This document shows positions 1-11,100 of a DNA stretch of 64,000 nucleotides, piece after piece; position 1 is the stretch's first letter, and the number at the start of each line of letters is the position of its first letter. Under the pieces are notes generated by a model, which did no database searches, was not told the DNA's origin, and worked only from the letters and a program-made list of their open reading frames with translations. The stretch covers positions 65,288,001-65,352,000 of the forward strand of contig NW_024704743.1 of the NCBI RefSeq assembly GCF_018977255.1, written 5' to 3'. Origin of the DNA: Callorhinchus milii (lineage: Eukaryota). Both the position numbers and the translations under genes were made by a program.

Positions 1-1312
1 GTTTCCATGGCTTTGTCCCACCCTACCTTAGCAATCTCCTGCAACCCTACTCAGGCTACTTCCTCTCTTTGATGATATTTGGCTACCCCCCCCCATGCCC
101 CATCTCTCCTGTCCCAGTCTGGGCTGACACACCAATGCAACACTGGAGGGCATTGCATTGTGAGAGGTACCGTTCCTCAAATGAGGCATTAAACCCAGTC
201 TCTTCAGCCTATTCAGATTGGCTTTAAAGATCCCATAGCACGATTTGAAAAGAGAAGTGAATTTCTCTCAGCATCCTGGCCAACAATCACCCACATAAAA
301 TTGATCCTTCACTTTAAAGCTGCTTGTGGGACATTGATGTGCATAAATTGAATGTGCTCGCCAATGAAATACAGCAACAACAAATTGCGTTTGAATAGCG
401 CCTTTCAGGCACTGACAGCATCAATATCCATGGATCCAACACCTACCTCAATGAGCCTTGGCCCTTAAATGTCCTTTCTACCCCAAGATCCGTTCTGCCT
501 TCCCCCACCTCCGCAACATCCCCTGGCGTCACCACTGGCTCACCCCTCATCCCCTCCTTGTCGAGAGCCTCATCTTGTGGTCCTGGAGTTGAGTGTGGAG
601 ACAGAGAGGGAGTGACGGTAGAGGAAGGAGCGAAATACAGTCACCAAACTTTATAGAAAATCCTATGAAGCGCTTCTGAGACATCCTTCTGACAATAAAG
701 GCGTTATATAGAATGGAAGGATAATTTTTATTTAAGTGTACTACCTGACATGTATTTAACAGACAGACAGTACACATGGTTAGAGGCTTGAAACTAAGTC
801 CAGTTCAGGCGATGGTGGCAAAGTACTCTGATCTGTATAATTTACTTCCCATCAGAGCCACCCATTAGCACCCCTGCTGCTAAAGACAAAACGTTAAGCA
901 CAGCAGCAATGCATCCCCACAGTGTAGTCAGCTATACATCATTTACCAGTGAACTATTCTTTTTGTACAAATCTCTTTGTGAAATGTATATGCAGCTCTT
1001 AGAAAACAACTTCTAGTTCTTGTTTCCAGTGCCAATAAATAACAAGTTCTACAATTATATGCCCAACCTGAAGGATTACTGGTAAACCGTTGATAGTTTC
1101 ACCTCAGTGTAGTTACTCTCATGTGAGGTAGTCCATTGATGACTTGCAGGGAACAAAAGAGAGAGGATCTATTTAACATTTGACATCGTACTATGTAAAA
1201 TTATTCAGCTCATTCCATTAGAAGGTGTTGCAGATAATCTGCCTGACATCAACAGATTTCTGTGCTTCCCCTTTCCTCTTCTCTGTATTGCTCAATTACT
1301 GTAAGTCACCCA

Positions 1313-1603
1313 TATACAAAAATGGTACCAGGGATGTAGCTATATGAAGATATTTGAAAATGTGGGAGTGTTTTCAATGGAAAGGAGACGGTTAAGAGCA
1401 GATCTAATAAAGATTTTCAATATTATGAATAGTTTTGATAGGGACAGACTATTTTTAATGAGTGGTGAGTAGGTAATAAAAGGGATTAAAATTGAGAATT
1501 ATTACCAGGAAAAAAGTAATCTGTAACAGCATTTAAAGAGAATCAGATAAACACTTGAAGATAAACAATATTAAAGCATAGGAGCAGGGGAATGGGATTA
1601 GAG
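1313..1603 (+). mobile_element. CR1-type LINE 3' fragment, decayed
   Basis: Degenerate RT C-terminal motifs (..GVFSMERRRLRADLIKIFNIM..) similar to the other CR1 pieces in this window. Confidence 0.65.
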
Positions 1604-1605
1604 TA

Positions 1606-4050
1606 CAAGGTGTTCCCAAAGGCTTGTTAGTCATATGTTTATATTCTACAGTGCACTGACCAACAACTGAAACATGTGGAAGAATGATGATAATTGTATT
1701 TAGAGGTACTAAATTGTATTGAGTACACGTGTTTAACTGTATTTAGACACCAGCCTGGTACACCAGCCATCTCCATTCCCTCAAGGCACAAAGTCGAGCT
1801 GCCGAACGAGCCTGGACCAAATCCAAACTAACGGTCCAACGGCAGATTTGGCTTCACCACACCAAGATCTACCACTGTACTCTTGCCTTCGCCAAATCCT
1901 CCTTCTACTCCAAGGTTATCTTGGAGGCAAAGGACAACCCCCGCCTTCTCTTTTCCACCACTAACCGTCTCCTCCGTCCACCTTCCCATACCTCGCCCAT
2001 CCTCTCCTCAAACTCCAACTGTGAGGAGATGCTGGAGTTCCCCGAATCTAAAATCGAGGGGATAGGTTCAGCCACCTCAGCCTCATCCACAGCCACCCCC
2101 ACATCACCTTTCTCTCATGACCCACCCCCTACCCATCCCCCTCTATACTCCTTCGATCCTATATCTCCCTCCTCCCTCACCACGACTGTCCGCAAACTCA
2201 AACCCACCACCTGCTTCCTCGATCCCATCCCCACCTCTCTCCTCATCTCCCAGCTCCACCTTCTGGCCCCCTTCCTGTCCGATGTCATCAACCTCTCCCT
2301 GTCCACCGGTTCAGTTCCCACCCCCCTAAAAACAGGCGTCATCACCCCCATCCTGAAAAAACCTTCCCTGGATCCATCCCTCCTCTCCAGCTACCGCCCC
2401 ATCTCTCACCTCCCATTCCTCTCCAAGGTCCTGGAATGAGTCGTCGCGTCCCAACTCCGCTCCTTTCTCTCTCGCCATTTCCTCTTTGAACCCCTCAAAT
2501 CCGGCTTCAGTGCTGCCCACAGCACGGAAACAGCTCTGGTCAAAGTCATTAATGACATTCTGAACATCTGTGATCAGGGCTCCGTCTGTCTCCTTGTCCT
2601 CCTCGACCCCTCTGCCACATTTAACATTGTCGACCACTCCATCATCATACAGCTGCCTCTCCGCTTTACTCAATCTTCACGGACCTGCCCTTGCCTGGTT
2701 TGACTCCTAACCCTCTCACCATCTCCATTTCGTTGCCTCTAACGGTTTCTCCTCCAGCCCCCGCACTGTCACGTCTGGGGTCCCCCAGGGCTCTGTCCTT
2801 GGCCCTCTCCTCTTTAATATCTACATGCTCCCCCTTGGTGACATCATCCACAGACATGGGGTCAACTTCCATATGTATGCGGATGACACCCAACTCTATC
2901 TTTCTGCCTCCACCCTCAACTCCAGGACCACTGCTGTCCTGACAGACTGTCTGTCGGACATCAAGTCCTGGATGAGGGCAAATTTCCTACAGTTGAATGT
3001 GAACAAGACTGAGGCCCTCCTGATTGGCTCACGCCAGCGCCTCAGCACCTCAGGCTCTGGCAGCATCAACCTCCATGGTTGCACATCAACTCACCAGCCA
3101 GTCAGGAACCTGGTGTCTTGTTCGACCCTCAACTGTCTTTTCTTCCCCACATCCAAGCCATGACCCGCTCTGCCTTCCCTCACCTCCGTAACATCGCCCG
3201 ACTCCGCCACTACCTCACCCCTCAGGCCGCTGAAACTCTTGTTCATGCCTTCATCACCTCCAGGCTCGACTATGCAAACTCCCTGCTTGTCGGCCTTCCC
3301 AACTCCTCCCTCCACAGGCTGCAGATAATCCAGAACTCTGCAGCCCGTGTCCTCTCCCGCACCAAACTCCATGACCCCATCTCCCCCACTCTCGCCCGAC
3401 TCCATTGGCTCCCTATCCTTCAGAGGATCCAGTTCAAGATCTTGGTCCTCACATACAAAGCCCTCCATGGCCTCGCTCCACCCTACCTCTGCAACCTCCT
3501 AACCCCCTACCGACCCGCCTGTTCCCTCCGCTCTGCCGGCTCTGGCCTGCTTCACGTCCCCCGACCCACCCGTCCCACCATTGGCGGGACAGCCTTCAGC
3601 CAATCTGCCCCCAACCTCTGGAATTCCATCCCCCAGTCACTCCGCCTCACCCCCTCCTTAGCCTCCTTCAAGTTCCGCCTCAAGACCCTTCTCTTTGATC
3701 ATGCCATCGGCCAACCCCCTTCCCCTCCCCTCCCTTCCCCCCCCTGACCCAAGCTCGGATCCGTAAATCTGTCTGTCCAGCGCCTTGGAACATCCTCCCG
3801 ATGTGAAAGGTGCTATACAAATGTAATGTTGTTGTTGTTGTTATTGACGTCCAGAGGATCGGTGTGAATGCCACCATTTTCATGGCAGATAATGATCCGA
3901 CACCATGTTTGGTGTGACATCTTCTGTCACACGGATGGAGTGACGAGAAAGTTACTGGTATCAGACATTGTTATAGTTGACTTATGCGCAAAAGAAAATC
4001 AAAATTCATTGTAAGAAGAAAACAGACGAGGTAACAGGACTTTGCGGACA
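1606..4050. mobile_element. Tc1/mariner-type MITE split by an L2 insertion (halves about 1606-1750 and 3846-4050)
   Basis: Both halves align collinearly with the intact copy at 54608-54946; left end TA|CAAGGTGTTCCCAA. Confidence 0.75.
1750..3845 (+). mobile_element. L2-clade LINE, 5'-truncated, about 2.1 kb, with disrupted RT ORF
   Basis: ORF pieces with [50 protein letters not shown]; stops and frameshifts; 3' end GTGAAAGGTGCTATACAAATG-(TTG)n. Confidence 0.95.
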
Positions 4051-4699
4051 AGTTAGCTGGTACAGTGGGTTTCTGGCAAGTTAACTGTGATGTACATCTG
4101 TAAAGGTGTCAGGGTGTAATCGGCAATGATTAGCATTTGGGTAATAAAATACATGACATTGTGAAATATCTTCATTCTATCGTTATGGACTTCAATGTAT
4201 TATTCAATAAATTATAAAAGTAAAGGTAGAAAGGAATCTGATATTCTGGCCCTGACTTGGATCTGAAGGTTTCCAATCATTGTGAAGCTGCTGATATCAA
4301 TGCTAATTGAATCCCAGGTTTTATCTGGGCAGTTTTGATGTTAAATTATAAAAGTTGTTCTAATCTTGCCTGGATCACTGCTTTGGGAACCCTACACGTT
4401 GATAGAGTAGAATGATATACTCAGTGTAATTGACATGGATTATGAGAAAATAAAACAGGAGACAGAAACCCCAGAGGTCATAATTTAGCACAACATGCAC
4501 TCAAAATACTTCGTCTATATTTAATGTGTCGTGTGCTCCAACAACATGGTAGCCCTATATCTTATTTGTAGGCAATTAACAGCTTAGTAACATTATCAAT
4601 TCCCGATTAAATCTACACTTCCCTTTTGAGTGTGCAAGTGCCAGAATAAAGGCAGCACAAAAGCCCAGTCTGACACTGACTGCTTGGCTTTTGGGTAAA

Positions 4700-5006
4700 A
4701 CTGGACCCTGATGATAACAGCATTGGCTGCAGAGCTGCGACTAAAGTATCACAGGTAACGATGCCCTGCCCTGCATTCAGAGCCTGACTGCAGTGTAACA
4801 CTGTGGAGCTGTGGCAGGGCAGGCAGGGCAAGGCAGGGAGGGAGAGCAGGGCTGTGTGACCAACAGGAATCCTGCAGCAGGTGGCCGCCTCCCACTCACT
4901 GACGTCTTTGGGCAACAGGTAAGAGCAACTTGTCTGGTTTATCACCAGTTTGCAGCTGATGTGCAACGATGTGATCTTCCACGAGGAAGGGAAGGGGGTT
5001 TGTAAA
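4700..5006 (+). promoter_or_regulatory. Putative pkd1l1 proximal promoter / 5' UTR with X-box-like motifs
   Basis: Repeat-free, relatively GC-rich stretch upstream of the ATG; GTATCACAGGTAAC (4746-4759) and GTCTTTGGGCAAC (4904-4916) resemble RFX X-boxes. TSS not determinable. Confidence 0.35.
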
Positions 5007-5100
5007 ATGCCCTGCTCGCTTTTCCTCTGCTGCTGCTGCTGTGCTGCTGCTGCTGCCCTCACTGGGACCCTCAGCCCCTCTGTCACTGCTGAAACCAATG
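5007..5100 (+). CDS. pkd1l1: Exon 1: start codon and signal peptide [31 protein letters not shown]
   Basis: ATG in AAAATGC context, hydrophobic N-terminus ending in VTA-E, consensus donor G|GTAAGT, phase 1 matches exon 2. Confidence 0.8.
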
Positions 5101-8100
5101 GTAAGTCCAAGTGAGTCCTGTTGCTTGCAGCACTGTAGTTAAACATTTGCTGTGAAGTGACAGGTTCATGGGAATTAATGATCGCCTTAAACAAGTCTCT
5201 TTCATTATGATTTTTAAAAAGGGTTATGTTTCGTGTAGATTATTTACTGTGAGGGTTTCTTGTCCTGAGAGGAGAGGGGAGGGAATGAGCTTTTTTTTTC
5301 CTGATGGGAGTGAAACTCAGATGTGTGTTGCTGGTGAGCATGAGAAAGTGGTTAACAAACATCTCCTGGACATTTAGCAGTTGGATCGCTTACAACCGAG
5401 AACCATGCACCTGAACAGTGCGATTGCAAACATGTCATCCAAGTACTGTAATTCATTAACTTAAATGCATGGGTTAGTGTGTATAATTATTACAATTCAT
5501 TCAGCTACTTGCGGTTTTTTTAATGTCTTTTTTTTGAACAAATGTAACCTCATGAAAATTGTACAAAACCAGAAACCCTCCTGTCTTATTTCCACCTTTG
5601 GTACGCTGGTTCCCAAAGGAGCTAAGGTTGATTTGGTTTCTGTTAGCCTGATCCTTTGTGAAACGGTTCGAGGTGCAAATTCTAACTATAAAGGTCTGAA
5701 GAAAAGTTTGCACTTTCCATCAGTTTGCCCTTTGGTTCTACATTGTTGGAAAGATTGCGAACAGCAGGACAATTAAACTAGTGGCTGTGGTTGTTTTGAC
5801 TTAATGACCTTGCATTTGATATAGCTCCTTATCATGTTGTTGAGAATTCTCAAAGCGCTTCACAGAATACACTGTAAAGTGGATTGACTGTGTATTTGAG
5901 GATGAAACGGAGCAGCCAATTGCACACAGCAGTGTTCCACAAACAGTCATGGTTTCAGTGACTAATTGTTTTTGGAGGGATTATTACCCCAGTCTTTGTC
6001 AGGGTCACTGGCACCCTATTGCAGAACCAATAATAATAATAATTATAGTGTGTATAATTATTATTACAATTCATTCAGCTACTTGTGGTTTATTTATTTA
6101 TATATACACAGTCAATTCACCTTACAGTGAAGTGCTTTAAGACACCTAGTAGACGTGAAAAGCACTATATCAAATGCAAGGATTATTATTATTATAGAAC
6201 AGATTTATTTCAAATCCCAAATAAATCACTTCATGTCCTGGCACCTCCCTACCTCTTCAACCTGCTTATGCCCTACTCTTTTACTCACTCTGCTCAGTTG
6301 GCACCTAGCCCCCTCCTTGTCTGCTATCAAATTGCACCTGAAGACCTTGCTCTTCGTCTGTACCTCTGGTCACTTCCCCTCTCTCCCCGGCTCAACATCA
6401 AGCTCTGCCGCTATTAAAGGCTCCAATACGCTATCCCATGTGAAGAGCACTATATAAATGTTAGTTGCTGTTTTATAGGTCAAACACCAAACAGAGCAGT
6501 GATGTTGTGCTGCACTGTTGTGACATGCATCTGCCAGGTGCCATGGTAAACCCCTATATTCAAAAATACAAAAAACTGACATTGGTGTAAATCAGAGCCT
6601 GCCTCAGAATAAATCCTGTGGCAGGCAGCTTCACATAGGTGGGTTGAAGGTTCAAAGAATAAGTACACAGGTTTCAAGACACAAAGTGAACATCTGTGCT
6701 GTGAAGACCTGGCATGAATGAACACCACCTAGGGGGGAATTTGGAACCAGAGTGGTGCAAATTGGCCACACATTATCCTCCTGAGCCTGTCTCCCTGCCA
6801 ACATATGGATATTGTTATGCAGCAGAGATGAGACAGGCGGGGAAGTTTAAAAATGAAACAACAGCAGTTTAGATTTTTTCTCAAATAAACATCAGACAAC
6901 TTCAAAAATGTTACCAAATGTTAGCATTGTAACATCAAAGGGGATCTGATGTAAAGAAGGGATTTGTATTTCAATCTGCACCACTGGAGGTTCAGATTTC
7001 AAGTCCACTGCCTGTCTGTCTGCAAAGCATTCAAATTGGGATAAACCTGGCTTTAGGGTGGGTCTCACTTACACCACAAATGAGAATCCAATTCAGAACA
7101 TTTAACTTGGGTAGTTTAGAGACTTGCAGATGGATGTCAGATTTGAAGACAATCTGGACCCATAATATTGTTCCTGATCCTCATGTGAGAAGCAGAGATA
7201 TTTTCTGAAGCAAACATGCTAATTTGTGATATGCGATGGTAACATCTGGACAAAATGCATGATGCGATCAGTGGCTGTTTAAAGATTGACCTGTTTTTTA
7301 CCTGAACAGTGACCCATAATCCAAAAGGGACTTACTTTTTGACCCTAATCAACATTTCAATCAAATTGTCTTCTGAAGCTTCTGGATTCTATGTTCCTGA
7401 TCTTTGGAACTCTTTTCCTCTACTCCTTGGCCTTTCTCCCTTCTATCTGTCTTTAAGTCCCATCTTAAAATCTGCCTCTTCAACCATGTCTATGGTTCTC
7501 TCCCTAACTCTCTCCACCTAGCCCTCTCCCCTCGCTCTTGCTTGGTGTCCAACCCCGTCTTTATACAGCATTCCAAGTTGTTACTGTATGTCAGGCTAGT
7601 CCAACTTTTATCCAGCACCTTGGGACGTCGTCCCAATGTGAAAGGCACTATACAAATGTAATTTTGTTGTTGTTGTTTGGCTGCTGATGGTTGGATGTGG
7701 ATTTGAGAAATGTCTGCGGATTGCATAAGCTATATTTTGTGTTTCCCTTCCATTTACACAATGCCTTTTTCACATCGGAAGGACGTCTCAAAGTTCTCAA
7801 TACTGCTGGCTGGGCACCGAGTGGGGAAGGGCTGATCGAAAGTGTGGTCAAGAGTTAGGTCTTGATGTTCCTTGAAAGAGGGGAGGAAGGGAGCAAGTCA
7901 AATGTATTCCGGGAATGGAACTCAAGGGAGCGCGGGCAAATGGCAATGGTGGGGCAGATGGGATGGGGGGACATGAAGCAAGCTGGTGTTTTATGGGCAA
8001 AAGGAATGGCCGGGTTGGAAGCTCACAGATGGGGAGGGAGGTTGAAGGCCATAGCGGGGTTTCTCACTGGGGAAAGAGGGAGTTTTCTGTGAGGAAATTG

Positions 8101-11100
8101 CAGGGCACGTCGTTTGGCATGTCGTGCTTTCAGTCACTATGCCCCCAAACTCTGGAACACTCCCTCAATCCCTCTGCCTTGCCCCTCTCTCCCCTCTTTC
8201 AAAACCCACATCTGATTGTCCTGACAGTGAGCCTCAAAACTTTTCCCTCATGTCCCCTCTCTCTGTTTGCTCTCTTTCACTCTCTCTCTCCCTTTCTGTT
8301 TCTATCTTTCCCCCTCCCCCTCAGGCCCTCTCTCTCAATCACTGTCTCTCTCCCCTCTCTCTCACTCACCCTCTCTCCCCCCACCTTTCTCACAATCACT
8401 CTCTCCCCCACGCCGTTTCTCTCATTCAGCCGTGCAGCTCACTATCTAGCAGTGGCAGTAGCTGGTGGTTGGGAGAATGCGGTTGGTAAGGAGACCGGCT
8501 TGCCTTCCCCTCACCTGGAGAGGTGCTTCCTGACAGACTGCAGCAACGGACAGTATTATTTCCACTCCCCATGCATTGTGCTGCTCTAATAAGAGGACGG
8601 TTCGCCAAGGAGGGAATGGGTAGCCCGGAGTAAGAAATAGTTTGCAGGCTGGACAAAATCATCCTAGAGGCCAGATGTGGCCCACGGGCCACCAGTTGGA
8701 TCACCCTGCCCTATGTGAAGGGCGCTATATAAAAATAAGTTGTGGTTGTTCTAATATTTAACAGTGCAGGCAATGCCTCTTACTTTGTAGAAATTCTTGC
8801 GCAAATAATGTGCAAAAGCTTGGCTAGCTTTTCTTTCTGGTGGTCAGGGCCAGTTGAAAAAAATGTTTTCAGTTTATCAGTTCCCTTAGAGATTGTTAAC
8901 CTTTGACTTTATGAAGGAGCACTAATAGATCATCCAGAACAGGGAAGTACAGTGGCAGCCATGCGTGCAAAAGACTCGCTGTCAGAAAGTAAAATATACA
9001 ATTGGATATCAAAGGCGCAATTTTCTCGTTCAAATTATCTTTCTAAATTTCTAAACTGCAAATCCAATTTGCAACAATTTTCTTAAGAGTACAGAGAGAT
9101 TGAAGAATGGGTTGAGCTTAAATTTGTCAAATTGATAACAGGTCACACTTTGTAATCTTATAAGAAAGAATCCCAGAACATATTTTATGAATTGTTAAAA
9201 TTACTGATAAAAATTTACCCACACTTGTTACTGGAGCATAATGGTGCTCATTTTTCTCTTGCAAATGATACTTTGGCCATTGGTTTCCCATCACACAGAG
9301 GATACAGTGCAAGATCCTGGTCCTCACCTTCAAAGCCCTCCATGGTCTTGCTCCCCCCCTACCTCTGTGACCTCCTAACACTCTACCATCCTCCTTGCTC
9401 CCTCCGCTCAGCGGGCTCCGGTCTGCTTCATATCCCCCACCTCGCTCGTCCCACTATTGGCGGGCGAGCTTCTGCCACTCTCCCCCACCCTCTGGAACTC
9501 CATCCCACAGTCCCTCCGCCTCACCTCCTCCCTTGCCTCCTTCAAGATCCATCTCAAGACCCTCCTCTTTGACCGTGCTTTCGATCTCCCTGCTTCCCCC
9601 CTCCCTTCCCTCCACCCTTCCTGATCCCAACCCCCACCTCGGGTCCGAAACTTTGTCTGTCCAGCGGCTTGGGACGTCCTCCCGACATGAAAGGTGCTTT
9701 AGAAATGTAATTTTGTTGTTGTTGTCTCAAAGGTGAATGATATCGTGCCTCATCACATTGTTGAGATATCTCAAAATGCTTCTCAGGTATTTACAATGAA
9801 GTGTAGTGATTGTGCATTTTGTAGCATAGCAATGTTTAACAGCCAGCCATGAGTTTTGCAGTGAAAATTCAGATTACCATTTGTTTCAACAAATATTACC
9901 TTTCACGATAAACATTGTGTTATTAGGGTAAAAATGTCAGAGATTATTTCCTGCTGGGAACACATTGTAAATTATACAATACCCCAATACCCCAGGATGT
10001 AAAAAAAAACCAAGGATTTGCATAATTTACCCTATTTAACATTTCATTCAAATTTGCCATCTAAAACTTGTAATTTTTCACAGTGTAGGCAATGCCTCTT
10101 ACATTGTACAATGAAATTGCTAAGACTTTGAGTTTGTAAAATTAAAGGGCAACACTGAAACTGTGGTGTGGAGAGCTCTGAGAAAGCAGGAAATGTATGT
10201 TAGATTTACTGTTGTGCATTTTAATACTGAAAGAGAGTTCAAAGTGAAGAGTAAATAGCTGGTTTCCTTCCAGAGTTGCATATTGAAATCTTTTTTTATT
10301 TAAAATCAATGTGTTTCTTTGTTGTCATGTCATTCGCGTAAGACTGTTAAATATTCAATGAAGTGATGCTAGGAAAATCTATTAGTTGTACTGGTTGTAT
10401 AATAATAAGTTACAGAACTTCCTGCTCACAGGCCTGTGTGGTATTTTACATATGTATAGCTGCAGATGAAGATATTTGTTCCTTTTATCTGAATATGTGC
10501 TAAGTAGCTTTCTTCTGCCATCTGTGGTTCTATTGCTGAGTTACTGAGCTGTTACTGAGCCAAATTAAATTTTACAATAATAATAATAATCCTTGCATTT
10601 GATATAGGGTCTTTCATGTCAGGAGGCCGTTTCAAAGTACACCAGTATTTACACTAAAGCATAGTTCCTGATTTTTTGTAGGTGAAAGTGGCAGCCACTT
10701 TACACACAGCAAGATCTCAGAAGCAGCCATAAAGTGAATGACCAATTCTTTTTTCTCTGAGGGATGGTTGCCTAGGATACCTGGACTGGACGTGCGCTAT
10801 ATTTTTTGCTTGCTTGCTCCTACAATTAAGTCATTCTCATGGATCAGTGTAGCTATTTAAAGAGTAACTGTGTGTTTCAGACTGGGAGAGTCCCACACCG
10901 TTTAATTAACAACATAACATCACCTGGGATGGTATAGTGGTGTTAAAATTAGATTCAGAGCCCAGACATAGGAAAGGGAAAATAAGGCAGACTTTTTACC
11001 AAATGATTGCTGTTCAGTAAACCCTCCTGGACATGGGTGCATGGAGATCTGGTCAGGAACAGACGAGTTTTGGCTCCGATGCCTTCCATACTTGAATAAC

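Noticed and set aside
4613..5194. 193-aa minus-strand ORF with poly-A/poly-Q
   Set aside because: Antisense shadow of exon 1 and its CTG/CAG repeat; no recognisable domain.
7915..8589. 224-aa plus-strand ORF
   Set aside because: Runs through an L2 relic, a stop-poor CT tract and a transposon fragment; low complexity.
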